Source: Saprospiraceae bacterium (lineage in GTDB: Bacteria; Bacteroidota; Bacteroidia; Chitinophagales; Saprospiraceae). Taken from it: a stretch of DNA of 64,000 nt. The notes beneath the pieces were generated by a model, which was not told where the DNA came from, searched no databases, and was given only the letters and a program-made list of their open reading frames with translations. Of the stretch, positions 21,500-32,123 are shown in pieces (the stretch's first letter is position 1; every line of letters starts with the position of its first letter). The stretch spans positions 4,542 through 68,541 of the forward strand of contig JAWKLL010000021.1 of NCBI GenBank assembly GCA_041392765.1. Direction: 5' to 3'. Position numbers and translations under genes: made by a program.

Positions 21500-21650
21500 T
21501 ACAAAAGCGTAATGTGTGCGTGCGCGCCACAAAGTGGCAAGCACGGGGCGCGGAGCGACCAAGGGCAAGTGACAGGAGCGGATACCGGCATTAGCCGGGA
21601 TGGAGCGGATGGCACGGTACCGGCGTCAGCACGGTATGCCCCCAAATAAA
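21500..21650. other. GC-rich, hairpin-dense non-coding island of unknown function
   Basis: There is no ORF of 60 aa or more. The composition is visibly more GC-rich than the AT-rich flanks. Local hairpins include gccacaaagtggc, ccggcattagccgg and accg..cggt. It is preceded at 21423-21436 by gttatcggacaact, which matches the terminal repeat of the element at 56951-57175. Confidence 0.4.
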
Positions 21651-21690
21651 AAGCAAGACCAACCGATCACCGTTTGGCCTTGCTTTTAGA
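21651..21690. terminator. Rho-independent terminator downstream of the thiolase gene
   Basis: aaaaagcaagaccaa..ttggccttgctttt, a stem with one mismatch flanked by A and T runs. It lies 20 nt 3' of the stop at 21711. Confidence 0.6.
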
Positions 21691-21710
21691 ACTTGTATAT
21701 CAATATATTG

Positions 21711-22883
21711 CTACTTGAGTCGCTCAATAACACCAGCGATGCCCTGCCCGCCACCTACGCAGGCGGTAACGATGCCATAGCGTTGGTTGCGGCGGCGCAT
21801 TTCGTTGATGAGCTGGATAGACAGTTTGGCACCAGTGCAACCCAGCGGATGCCCCAAAGCGATAGCTCCACCGTTGACGTTGACAGCCGCAGGATTTAGT
21901 CCTGCAACAGCGATAACGGCCAATGCTTGGGCGGCAAAAGCTTCGTTGAGTTCGACGAGGTCGATGTCATTGAGGCTAAGCCCAGCTTGTGTCAATGCCT
22001 TGGGTATGGCAGCACAGGGGCCGATGCCCATATACAATGGGTCAACGCCTGCTACTGAACAACTGGCTAAACGCGCTACGGGTTCCAAGCCCAACTGCTT
22101 CACCATGGTTTCGCTCATCACTAAGGTGAAGGCCGCTCCATCGCTGGTTTGAGAAGCATTACCCGCAGTGACCACGCCGCCATTGGCAAAAACAGGTCGC
22201 AAGGCCGCTAAACCTTCCACAGTAGTGGTGCGCCTCACGCCTTCGTCCATAGCCACCTCGTGCGAAGACGTTACCCTTTTACCATTCTTCACGACTACAT
22301 CGGGCACTGTAACAGGCACAATTTCATCGGTAAAGTAGCCTGCATCGATAGCAGCAGCAGCTTTTTTATGAGATTGGTAGGCAAACTCGTCAGCGGCTTC
22401 GCGGGAAATATTGTACTTTCGGGCAACAGCCTCGGCGGTAAGCCCCATGCTGACTAAATAATCGGGTGTATCGGCGGCTACTTGGTAACTGGGGGCCAGC
22501 TTATAGCCTGTCATGGGAATGCTGCTCATGCTTTCGGCACCACCCGCTAAGAAAATATGCCCCATGCCAGCGCGAATCTTGGCTGTAGCAATGGCGATAG
22601 CCTCCAAGCCGGAAGCACAGTAACGATTGACGGTAACCCCTGGTACTTCCTTGCCCAAAGCACGCATAGAAATTTGGCGGCCGATCTGCAAACCTTGCTC
22701 ACCTTCGGGGTTGGCGCAGCCTACAATAACGTCATCCACTAAGGTAGGGTCTAGCTCGGGCGTATCTGCCAGTAGTTTTTTGATGACCTCGACTGCCAAA
22801 TCGTCGGAGCGGTAGGCCGCAAAACCACCTTTGCCAGCCTTGCCCACTGCCGAGCGGTATCCCTTTACAATATATGCATCCAT
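21711..22883 (-). CDS. fadA: Acetyl-CoA C-acyltransferase (thiolase)
   Basis: Intact 390-aa ORF. The active-site contexts are VNRYCASGLEAI, NEAFAAQ and GHPLGCTGA..ACVGGGQG. Confidence 0.9.
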   Translation of the reverse strand: MDAYIVKGYRSAVGKAGKGGFAAYRSDDLAVEVIKKLLADTPELDPTLVDDVIVGCANPEGEQGLQIGRQISMRALGKEVPGVTVNRYCASGLEAIAIATAKIRAGMGHIFLAGGAESMSSIPMTGYKLAPSYQVAADTPDYLVSMGLTAEAVARKYNISREAADEFAYQSHKKAAAAIDAGYFTDEIVPVTVPDVVVKNGKRVTSSHEVAMDEGVRRTTTVEGLAALRPVFANGGVVTAGNASQTSDGAAFTLVMSETMVKQLGLEPVARLASCSVAGVDPLYMGIGPCAAIPKALTQAGLSLNDIDLVELNEAFAAQALAVIAVAGLNPAAVNVNGGAIALGHPLGCTGAKLSIQLINEMRRRNQRYGIVTACVGGGQGIAGVIERLK

Positions 22884-22943
22884 CTGAATGTATTTTTTTG
22901 GCCTTTCGGGTAAGCAACCCAGAAAGGGGAATTTTTGAAAGAA

Positions 22944-25332
22944 TTAGTTTCTCAACGGCTTATTGGTTTGCAACATGTGCTGGATGCGTTCCAGCGTTTT
23001 CTGCTCTCCGCAAAGGCTGAGAAAAGCTTCGCGCTCGATGTCCAATAAGTATTGTTCAGATACCTGCTGCGTACCCGTGAGGTCTCCACCGCAAAGCACC
23101 CAAGCTACTTTTTTGGCAATCTTAATATCGTGCTCAGATGCATAGCGACCTAATTTTAGCTCATTGGCAGCCGCATACAAGGCCGCCAAGCCGCCCCGAC
23201 CCAACACGGTTATATCTTCGCGCTGTATGGGTTGGGTGTAGTTGCGTGCCAAATCGAGTACTTTGTGCTTGGCCAAGGCGATATTTCTATCCTTGTTCAA
23301 AACGACTTCGTCGCGATGCTTTTGGGCGTACCCGAAATGAAATGCTTCGTTGGCCGAGGTTGCCACAGAAGCCATAGCAATGGTCTTGAACTTTTCGATG
23401 AGCGTAGGAATTTGTACATCACCGGGGAAGAACGAATCGCTGGCGCGCAAAGCGAACTCTTTGGTGCCGCCGCCGCCTGGTATAAGTCCTACACCTACTT
23501 CAACAAGGCCGATATAAGACTCTGCCGCTATGACAGCACCATCGCAGTGCATGAGGGTTTCACAACCTCCTCCAAAAACGTAGCCTTGTGTAGCCGCCAC
23601 CACGGGAATAGCACTGTAACGGCATCGCATGGTGGTTTGCTGGAAGAGATTGACCGCCATATTCAACTGGTCGAACTCTTGCTGATAGGCCAACATAGCA
23701 ATCATCATGAGGTTGGCCCCCACGGAGAAATTGGTAGCATTGTTGCCAATGACCAAGCCTTTCCAATCGCCATCTTCGGCTATCTGAATGGCTTCATTGA
23801 TACCGCGCAGCACTCCTTCGCCTATGGAATTGTGAGGGCTGGTAAACTCAAGGTTTAATACACCATCGCCGATGTCGTGTAGGGTGACTTCGCTGTTTTT
23901 ATAAACAGGAGCTTTATCGCGGTAGCTATCTAATAGGATGAAGGACTCGGTCTAAGGCTTGACTTGGTAACTCTTAGAAGCAATATCGTAATACTTCAAC
24001 TGGCCGCCTTCCCTTTTGTAGAAAGTAGTGTGACCTGCGGCTAGCATATCGTGCACCCATGGCGCAACGGACTGCCCTTCCGCCTCTGCCAATGCTACGC
24101 CACGTTCTAAGGTGACGGCATCCCAATATTCAAAGTACTATATCCCAAGCGTATCCAGCTTTCATGGCATCATCGATGCTGTAAAGGTGGTCGGCTATTT
24201 CGGGTATTCGGTTGGATGCGTAGGCGAATAAGCCGCCCAAGCTACGCTTAATCAAGGTAGCACCGAGATCGTCGGCAGCGACGATGGCCGCGATGCGTTT
24301 ATTCAGGTCTTCGATTTGTTTACCCAGCTTCAGGCAAGGAATATCGAGTTTTTCAGCAGCTTGGTATTCCAGCGTTTCTAAATTGAGTTCTAAGATAGCA
24401 GTGCTGCCATCCGCTGCTTTGGTCTTTTTGTAAAAACCTTGGCCTCCTGTTTTATTGCCGAGGAAGCCGTTATCCACCAAAAACTTCAGGTAAGTGGGTA
24501 TCTCGAAAGTGGCAGCCTGTTCGTCATGCGGACAGTTGTGCTTGATGCCATTGATGACATTGAGGCTGGTATCGTGACCCACCAAATCACCGAGGCGATA
24601 GACCCCTGTCTTGGGACGACCGATGAAAGGCCCTGTCAGTTTGTCCACCGTGCTAATAGGCAACCCTAAATCGGTGGTAAGTTGATACAATTTAGCCATT
24701 GCATAAACGCCTACCCTATTGCCGATGAAAGCGGGGGTGTCCTTGGCTAATACCGTTTGCTTACCCAAATATACGTCGCCATAGTGCATGAGGAAATCGA
24801 CCACTTCTTGCTTGGTGCTATCGGTGGGTATCACTTCAAACAGCCTAAGATAACGAGGTGGATTGAAGAAGTGGGTACCGCAAAAATGCGCCACAAAGTC
24901 CTCGCTTCTACCTTCCGTCATCTGGTGGATAGAGATACCAGAAGTGTTGGAAGTGACTAATGAACCGGGCTTTCTATATTGGTCAACTTTGGCAAACACC
25001 AGTTGCTTGATATCCAAACGCTCTACAACCACCTCTATGACCCAATCACAATCGCTAATTTTTTGAAAATCATCATCAAAATTACCCGTAGTGATGCGAG
25101 AAGCAAAAGCTTTGTCGTAGAGAGCTGCCGGTTTGTTTTTTACAGCATTAGCCAAGGCGGTATTCACGATGCGGTTGCGGGCAGCGGGGTTGTTCTTATC
25201 GGCTTCACTTAAATCGCGAGGGACGATATCCAGCAGTAAAACCTGCAAGCCCACGTTGGCAAAATGGCAAGCAATGCCCGAACCCATTACGCCGGAGCCT
25301 AACACTGCCACTTTTCTAATTCTTCTGCTCAT
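22944..25332 (-). pseudogene. Bifunctional 3-hydroxyacyl-CoA dehydrogenase / enoyl-CoA hydratase (about 795 aa) with at least 2 disruptions
   Basis: The N-terminal NAD-binding part is at 24130-25332 (VAVLGSGVMGSGIA). The C-terminal crotonase part is at 22944-23813. The 23814-24129 link contains a stop and frame changes. Confidence 0.8.
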
Positions 25333-25582
25333 GAAGGTTTGTTTTTTTTATTCCAATGCCCCTTATCTGATGAAGACGCACGGTTTGGTTCTAAAAGCGA
25401 TGCAAGTTAGCGAATTTTCGCTAAAGTAACTAATTCAGTGTGATTTTGTTCGCTCCTGCTATTCATTTTCTTCATTGTGCAGGAATTAAACAAAGGATTA
25501 AAATCTGATAATCAATCCATTGTGAAAAAATTACAACACCCCCCTCCTGTAGTATGAAAAAAAAACACTACTCATTGAAAAG

Positions 25583-25617
25583 CCCTCCACATTGGTTGAA
25601 CATGGAGGCTTTAGCTA
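25583..25617 (-). terminator. Possible terminator hairpin 3' of the reprolysin-like gene
   Basis: cctcca / tggagg stem with a 13-nt loop, followed on the minus strand by a T-rich tract. Confidence 0.35.
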
Positions 25618-25643
25618 AACGTAAGTCTCTACTAACAACACCG

Positions 25644-28600
25644 CTATTGTGCAGCTTTAATAATTTTCAAAGCCGACTCACCTACTTGTAGCAGATACAC
25701 ACCCGCTGGCATAGCTGCCATATCCAATTCAAAACGGTTAGTGCCTTGCGCTAATATGTCCGTTTTCAGTAGTTGACCTTGCAAATTAAACAACTTCAGT
25801 GACTGTTGTGCTGTCAGGGGTGTTTCCCAGTGGAGGATCGCTTTTCATTGATAGGGTTGGGGAAAACGCTGAAATAGCCATCCGTCTGAACCTCCGTAGC
25901 ATTGACTACGCAAGTAGGATCCTACAATCTCAAAGAGGGTGACGGGGACAAAGCCACCCGTGCCATCTTGTACGATGAAAGCGAATTGGTCGGATGTTAC
26001 GTTCTCATCTGTATGGGTATAAACTACATTGCCCGCGTCGATGGAAGACTGGCGGAATACATCACCTACACCCAATGTATTGCCCAAGAAACTCAATGTG
26101 CCACCCTGTGGCAAACTGACCACCGTGTACTCCAAGTCGAAAGGAGACTGGGTTGCATCCGTGACTTGTAGCAATTGGTTATTCAATTGAGCGCTCTCGA
26201 GAGGGCGAACACATAATGGTTCATTGCGGCTTACCACTGGCACCGTAGGTGAAGCAGCGGCACAAAACTCGATCGACCAGTCATCAACACGGCCAGGACT
26301 TCCGAAGCCGCTTTGCAGTACTCTCGTTTTCAGTTGCCAAACACCCTGCGTACCTTGGTTTTCAAACGCAGCAAGCGGGTTGGCGGGCTGGTAAACAGTC
26401 TGCATGGTAGGTGGGCATTGAATAGTTTGTGGCGCATCATCATCGAAACCAATATTTACCAAATCCGTGGTAAAGCAATTTCTATCGTACAGAATCACCT
26501 CCGTCCCTATTGGGCTGATAAGGGAAATCTGAAAGTTTTGGATAGGTTGGTAGCGCACGTTTACATAAGGTATGTTAATATCACTAATCGTCCCCTGAAA
26601 GTCCACATTGATGCTAGAGGTAATAGTAGGCAGTGGTACTACCTTATGGGATAGTAATGGGGGTATCGGTAGAAACAGAAAGATTCACACACCGAATTTT
26701 CAGTATGGAAAGTAAATGGAAGCGACCATCCGCCGGCTACCACTCGTTGATGGGTCTCACCCTCCAGAAGAAAGGGTATTAGCATCCAACAGCACGGTGG
26801 GTGTGTAACTGACTTCATCCAAATTAGAGACTTCGTCGATTAGGTTATTAAAGGCAGGGTCTGTTGCTAACTGAAAATCATAGCGCTGTGCATTAGGCAA
26901 GGCCGTGGAAAAATCTGCACTTAGTACAATGCCTGTGGTACCCGCTTCGGGAGTCAATAAGGCAAAATTGCTGAAATTATTGTTGTACACCTCCACCTCA
27001 AACACTCGGTAAGTGGTGTCCATATCCGCCGTAATAGCCTGCACTTCTACTTCCAACAAGCCATCAAACATAGAACCCGAAAAATCCAAACTCAGGCTAT
27101 TTACATCTCCTGTAGTAATGGACGGAGCGGCAAAATTGGCTTCCACGCCTTCTGGTAGTTCCGAAGTGATGGCAAAGTTAATCGTAGTGCTGTAGTCCAG
27201 CACAGCACCCGTTGGAAAATCAACGACTACTTGGTTATCCGGCACACAAATTTCCTGATAAACAGGGCCGTATTCCAAGATATAGCCGGGTTCTTGTGCA
27301 GGTTGGATGGCGAAATTCCGATTAGAAATATCGAAGAAGATATTGTCAGCGGCTTCTACGCGTATGCGTACTGTATTGCCCACTTCATCAGGAACAGTCA
27401 CAAAAGCACTGCCATCGTTAGGCGTATTTTCTAAAAGGGTAATGGGGTAAGTGAACCCTCCATCCGTAGAAAGTTTAATATTCACCCGCTGACAGTTCAC
27501 TGGCGACAACTGTGTGTTGGCCACATCCCATGTTACCTCCGTATAGTCGCCAACATACCACACATCCGTGGCTGTGTTAGGGTGGGTTACCAAGAAAGGC
27601 CCTGCATCTTGCGTAGCAAAAAACTGTACTTCCCTCCAATCAACACCGCCACTGGTGGGGTGATTATCGCGAACGGTACAACGGAAAGTGAGTGTGCGGC
27701 TGTATGTGGGCAAAAGCTCATCCACCGCATTGGTGACGTTATTGACAATCTTATTAATGGCAGGAAAAATCCGAGTAGGAGAAACTACGGGGTCGAAAGT
27801 ACGGAAGATAGGAGAATTACCCACAGGTTGTCCTAAAAAGGGGCCGTAATCATTGTCATTGTATGGGTATCCCGAATTGGCATCACGCTGTTCCCAGCAG
27901 TAAGTCAGATCGTCATTTTCCATGTCCGTCGCGGAAGCTGACAGCTCGAAAGGTGTCCGAACGGGGATGTAAAAGCCATTGGTATATTCATGGGACACCT
28001 CTGGTGCTGTATTCCCTTCATCGATATGCTGGGCGCACAAATCACCATCATCCATACGGGTGTAATTAATCATCTGCTGGAGAGAAGTGCTGTTATAGTA
28101 GTCATCAGAATTGGTTTGGATATTGTAGCCAGAAGGGCAAATACCAGCGTATCCCATGATAGTTGTGCCGCCGCCCGGTTCAACCGATGTAGCGGGTTCT
28201 ACGTTTTGGCAACCACTCATGATGTGGGTAGCACTAAACTGGTGCCCCATTTCATGGCAAAGGATATTGATAACAAAAGGATCCCCCTGTGGAGACTGGC
28301 GAGTAGAAGTAGCGCGTCCTTTGGTCTGTGCCCTACAAACGCCCGCCAGAGATGCCACACCCTGCCCAACGCTGGGACCTGTACTGATAACATGGCCAAT
28401 ATCGTAGGCGGCATTCCCTACTTGCTGGTTCAGTACACCAGGGTTATCATTCAACATTTCATCTGTTTCATTGACATAAGGGTCGGTGTCTTTGTCTAAG
28501 AAAACCAGCAGATCATTATTAGCAATGAGTTCCAATTGAACGGCAAATTCGCGACCAAAGACCTCATTTACCCGGTTGACGATGGTGACGATTGCAGACA

Positions 28601-29285
28601 TAGCTGACTCGACAGTACCGCCATGAAAGTCAGAAAACTCTCCCGTACACGCCATAGCCAAGCGGTATTTGCGCTGTTGAATAGACACTCCCATCGTGGT
28701 TTTATCCTGCTGCTGTAAAACGCTGGCGGGCGTGTATATTTCATCCATATCCAGACCATTGTGTCCTGTTACACCACATTCGAATCCAGCCTGCAAGTCG
28801 GGACGTAGATTATCTTCTAAACGATAAGTGACGTAATAGCGCGTGTCGTTGAGGATGTAAGGATCAACGTAATAAGTGCCATCTGTTGTGCGCAATGTAG
28901 CATGAAATCCTTGATAAGTCCAACCAGCGCGCCCCCCTAAAATTCGCTTGCCTTCCGGTAAAATAGTATAAGTTTGAATACCGGGGTATCGGGCAGCCAA
29001 ATCTGGGTGCATTACGCCCACAGGGACGAGTGTAACACGAATATCGTTGCCGTCAGGAAGCGGAATCTCAATCTGACGTTGTTGTTTATGTGTAGCTAAT
29101 AATTCATCACGCAAAGCATCCGATTCAAGGGAAACGAGGCGATAATCATAGGCATATTCGTGCAGAGTGGCCGTAGAAGACACCACGATGGACGTTTCCG
29201 CACGGGTGTGCCAAGAGGGAGTGGTTTGTTGTCCAAACAAAAAGTTAACTGCTAAAAACAGCAACAAGGGTAACAATCGTTTCAT
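25644..29285 (-). pseudogene. Reprolysin-like (M12B-type) zinc metalloprotease with a proprotein-convertase P-domain and a T9SS type A tail; at least 2 frameshifts
   Basis: ORF 26757-29285 has a signal peptide and HEMGHQFSATH (HExxHxxxxxH). ORF 25845-26606 has a P-domain-like segment (..ISLISPIGTEVILYD..). The tail ..LFNLQGQLLKTD..PAGVYLLQVGESALKIIKAAQ* ends at 25644 in a further frame. Confidence 0.7.
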
Positions 29286-29314
29286 GAAACAGTGTTTTCT
29301 ATTAGTAGTAATTA

Positions 29315-29368
29315 GAGGTTATATAGGAGAATTTTGTACAGGGATTCAAATTCCCCGTACATAACCTC
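29315..29368. repeat. Interspersed repeat, family A (copy A2, short form with termini only)
   Basis: gaggttatataggagaattttgtacagggattcaaattccccgtacataacctc. It lies 30 nt upstream of the metalloprotease ATG. Confidence 0.75.
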
Positions 29369-29457
29369 TATTGCAAATTGCCCTGAAAGGTAAGAACTTC
29401 CTTGCAGGTAGCAAATAAAAACCCCAGAATTGTAAGTTGATTAGCCAATATCGTATC

Positions 29458-29829
29458 TTATCGCTTGATAAATCGAATAGACAAAGAATTCACACAATGC
29501 CGTGTATTTTTTGCCGTGAAGCGTTCGCCTTTAAACACATGGCCTAAATGTCCTCCACAATTTGCGCAGACGATTTCAGTACGTCGGCCATCTTTATCGG
29601 GTACTTGCTTTACCGTATCAGGCAGTGTATCATCAAAACTAGGCCATCCGCAACCGGAATTAAACTTAGCAGTCGCATCATATAAAGGTGCCTCGCAACG
29701 ACGGCATACAAAGATACCATCGCCTTTGAAATCATTATACTCGCCAGTAAATGGCCGCTCTGTGCCTTTGTTTTCAATCACATAAGCTTCTTCGGGTGTC
29801 AATGGATTCCAATCGTTGGGAGATTTCAT
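29458..29829 (-). CDS. msrB: Peptide-methionine (R)-S-oxide reductase
   Basis: The start is the ATG at 29829 (MKSPNDWNPLTPEEAYV..). Two CxxC zinc motifs (CRRCEAPLY, CANCGGHLGHVF) and the catalytic RHCVNS are present. Confidence 0.9.
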   Translation of the reverse strand: MKSPNDWNPLTPEEAYVIENKGTERPFTGEYNDFKGDGIFVCRRCEAPLYDATAKFNSGCGWPSFDDTLPDTVKQVPDKDGRRTEIVCANCGGHLGHVFKGERFTAKNTRHCVNSLSIRFIKR

Positions 29830-29898
29830 AGTTTGATTTTTTGGTAAAAACAGCTGAAGCAATCTTCAAGTTCAAACAATGGTTTAAGAGTTTGTTTC

Positions 29899-30040
29899 CT
29901 ATATTCGTTCAAAATATCGCTTTCGCTCCCAATCAGTAACTACTCTATCGAAAGATTGCTGTTCCATGGTAAAATGATGAATATAATGGTTCAAAACATC
30001 CTCTCCAAAGGCTCTTTTTGCGAAAGTACTGGGTGCCATC
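29899..30040 (-). pseudogene. Relic of the last approximately 46 codons of a glutamine synthetase-family gene
   Basis: ..APSTFAKRAFGEDVLNHYIHHFTMEQQSFDRVVTDWERKRYFERI* matches the conserved C-terminal end of GS/PuuA-like enzymes (..V[TS]DWE..RY..). The rest of the gene is absent, because the sigma-factor gene occupies the position. Confidence 0.5.
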
Positions 30041-30099
30041 AAACAAAAATAAATTATCTTGCCCTCGAAATTAGTATTTCCGGCAAGGAATTCAAACCG

Positions 30100-30687
30100 A
30101 TGTATGCTTCGTTTCCTACGCACCCATTCCAAAGATGTCTCCGATGCAGTCCTGCTGGAGCGGTTCTCCCAAAAGGGGAGGCGGATGCGTTGGCGCACCT
30201 TTTTGAACGGTATGTAGCGTTGGTTTATGGTATATGCTTACACTACCTGCCCACTGAAATGGATGCAGAAGATGCCGTTATGAACATTTACATAGAACTT
30301 CAGCAGAAGCTACCACAGCATGAGGTGCAAAACTTCAAGAGTTGGTTGCATACGTTTTCCCGTAACCATTGTTTGATGTTTCTCAGAAAGCACAACAAAA
30401 CAAAAGTATCCGCTTTGGAAAGTGATTTTATGCAATCTGAAGTATTTGCGCATCTAGAAGAGGAAAGCGAGTTTTCAGAACGGGTATCGCATCTTGAAAA
30501 ATGTTTAGCCACGCTACAAGCCATGCAACAAAAGTGCATACGACTGTTCTACTTGGATGGGCAAAGCTATAAGGAGATAGCAGCGCGCGAACAAGAGGAT
30601 ATAGGTCGGGTGCGTTCGTGGATACAAAACGGCAGACGAAACTTGAAAATTTGTATTGAACAGCAGCAAGAAAAAGAGTTTGAATAA
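30100..30687 (+). CDS. ECF-type RNA polymerase sigma-70 factor, probably with an N-terminal frameshift
   Basis: Region 2 is ..LFERYVALVYGICLHYL.. and region 4 is LFYLDGQSYKEIAAREQEDIGRVRSWIQNGRRNLK. The alternative frame from the ATG at 30104 gives MLRFLRTHSKDVSDAVLLERFSQKG, which joins at the aaaagggg run (30171-30178). Confidence 0.8.
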   Translation: MYASFPTHPFQRCLRCSPAGAVLPKGEADALAHLFERYVALVYGICLHYLPTEMDAEDAVMNIYIELQQKLPQHEVQNFKSWLHTFSRNHCLMFLRKHNKTKVSALESDFMQSEVFAHLEEESEFSERVSHLEKCLATLQAMQQKCIRLFYLDGQSYKEIAAREQEDIGRVRSWIQNGRRNLKICIEQQQEKEFE

Positions 30688-32116
30688 AGAAGAAGCACAT
30701 ATCAACGAGTTGCTGAAACGATGGATTTCAGGCGACGTAACGGCTGCAGAAGAAGCAGAACTGTTCCGTATGGCTCAATCACGCCCTGAATTGGCAGATG
30801 CCATGGCAGGGTACAGCCAGTATATCGCCACGGATCATGCCCCTGCTTTAGCGCGACTCCGGTTAAAAATCAACCCCAAATCATCTCGGCCTTACGGGTG
30901 GTTGCGCGTAGCAGCCGCTGTATTACTGCTCTTGACTTTGGCTTGGTGGTTACTTCCCCTGACTCCCGAGTCATCCTCTTCTGTGGCGGAAACCATTGAA
31001 ACGCCTCAACGTGTTGACGTTCAAACGGAACCATTGCCTGAAGAAATAAGTCATACAACAGCACCCGAAGTTGCCACTACCGAAGCTGAAACACCAATCG
31101 CCTCAGCCCCTACTCAAACGACCCAATCTCCGCTACCGAAACCATCGGTTATTGCACCCGCTGAACCGTCATCGGGTACCACTTCCACTGAAGAAGCATA
31201 CTCGCAAACCAGCACAACCCTCACTAAACAAGTACCCGTTACCGCTCCTGTGGAAACGATCGAAGAAAGTGACTATGCCGCCAGTTACCCTAGTTCAACT
31301 ACGCAACCCCTCGCACCTGCAACAGATGCGATGGCTCGTCAAAAACCAACTGCTACATCTGCTTACGATCCTACCCTGATATCTAACAACGGCGTACCCA
31401 CAGCAGCGGCAGGCTACCAGCTCGTTGAAGGCCGTGTAACGGACAGCACAGGAGAACCACTCATTGGCGTAAGTATTGCCGTAGCAGGGACACCTATCGG
31501 CACCGTGACCGATGTGGAAGGAAATTTCTTAGTTTCTATACCCGAAAAAGGGGCTACTTTGACAATCAGTTACACAGGTTTTGAAACCACCTCCCTACTA
31601 GTTGACCAAAATGAGGAATGGATTGATATTCAATTGAACGAGGGCATGGCATTAGAGGAAGTTGTTGTAACCGGGTTAGGTGTCAAAAAGAAGCAACAAT
31701 CAACTGCCTCTGCCGTTCGTTCATTGGCGAAAGCTGAACCCATAGACGGAGAAAAAGCCTTCAAAAAATACATTGCAGATAATATCCCTCAAATAAATCA
31801 AAAAGAGCGATTTGAACTCAAATTTTTCATAGACACCGAAGGCAGACCTACCCGCATTCAAGTTGTATCGTCCAGCAACAATGACTTGAATACAAAAATA
31901 ATTGACCTATTGCAAAATTACCACGCTGGCAAATCACGCAAGGCAGCCCTGCTCATCCTATACAATATACACTGGTTATCAAGTAGCGCAAAAAGTTATT
32001 TTTTTAACACAGGCAACCAATCGGGTGGCTCATTCGTTCTTTACACCGATGCGCCAGCGAAATTTCGCATTTTCTGCATTTCGGACGCAACCCCAATAAA
32101 AAAACTTCCAAATTGA
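30656..32116 (+). CDS. Anti-sigma-like membrane protein with CarboxypepD_reg-like and TonB-C-like domains; true stop probably at 31986
   Basis: The N-terminal anti-sigma-type helix region is followed by a TM (WLRVAAAVLLLLTLAWWLL), then a P/T/S/A-rich linker. Next come GRVTDSTGEPLIGVSIAVAGTP.GTVTDVEGNF and a TonB_C-like end. A frame change near 31920 gives ..LLQNYPRWQITQGSPAHPIQYTLVIK*. Confidence 0.65.
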   Translation: MNSSKKKSLNKEEAHINELLKRWISGDVTAAEEAELFRMAQSRPELADAMAGYSQYIATDHAPALARLRLKINPKSSRPYGWLRVAAAVLLLLTLAWWLLPLTPESSSSVAETIETPQRVDVQTEPLPEEISHTTAPEVATTEAETPIASAPTQTTQSPLPKPSVIAPAEPSSGTTSTEEAYSQTSTTLTKQVPVTAPVETIEESDYAASYPSSTTQPLAPATDAMARQKPTATSAYDPTLISNNGVPTAAAGYQLVEGRVTDSTGEPLIGVSIAVAGTPIGTVTDVEGNFLVSIPEKGATLTISYTGFETTSLLVDQNEEWIDIQLNEGMALEEVVVTGLGVKKKQQSTASAVRSLAKAEPIDGEKAFKKYIADNIPQINQKERFELKFFIDTEGRPTRIQVVSSSNNDLNTKIIDLLQNYHAGKSRKAALLILYNIHWLSSSAKSYFFNTGNQSGGSFVLYTDAPAKFRIFCISDATPIKKLPN

Positions 32117-32123
32117 TCTCAAA

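Noticed and set aside
29956-30099. Long N-terminal extension of the sigma-factor ORF (ORF track start at 29956).
   Set aside because: The extension overlaps the glutamine-synthetase relic on the opposite strand and has no sigma-factor similarity. Recognisable sigma region 2 begins after the ATGs at 30100 and 30104.
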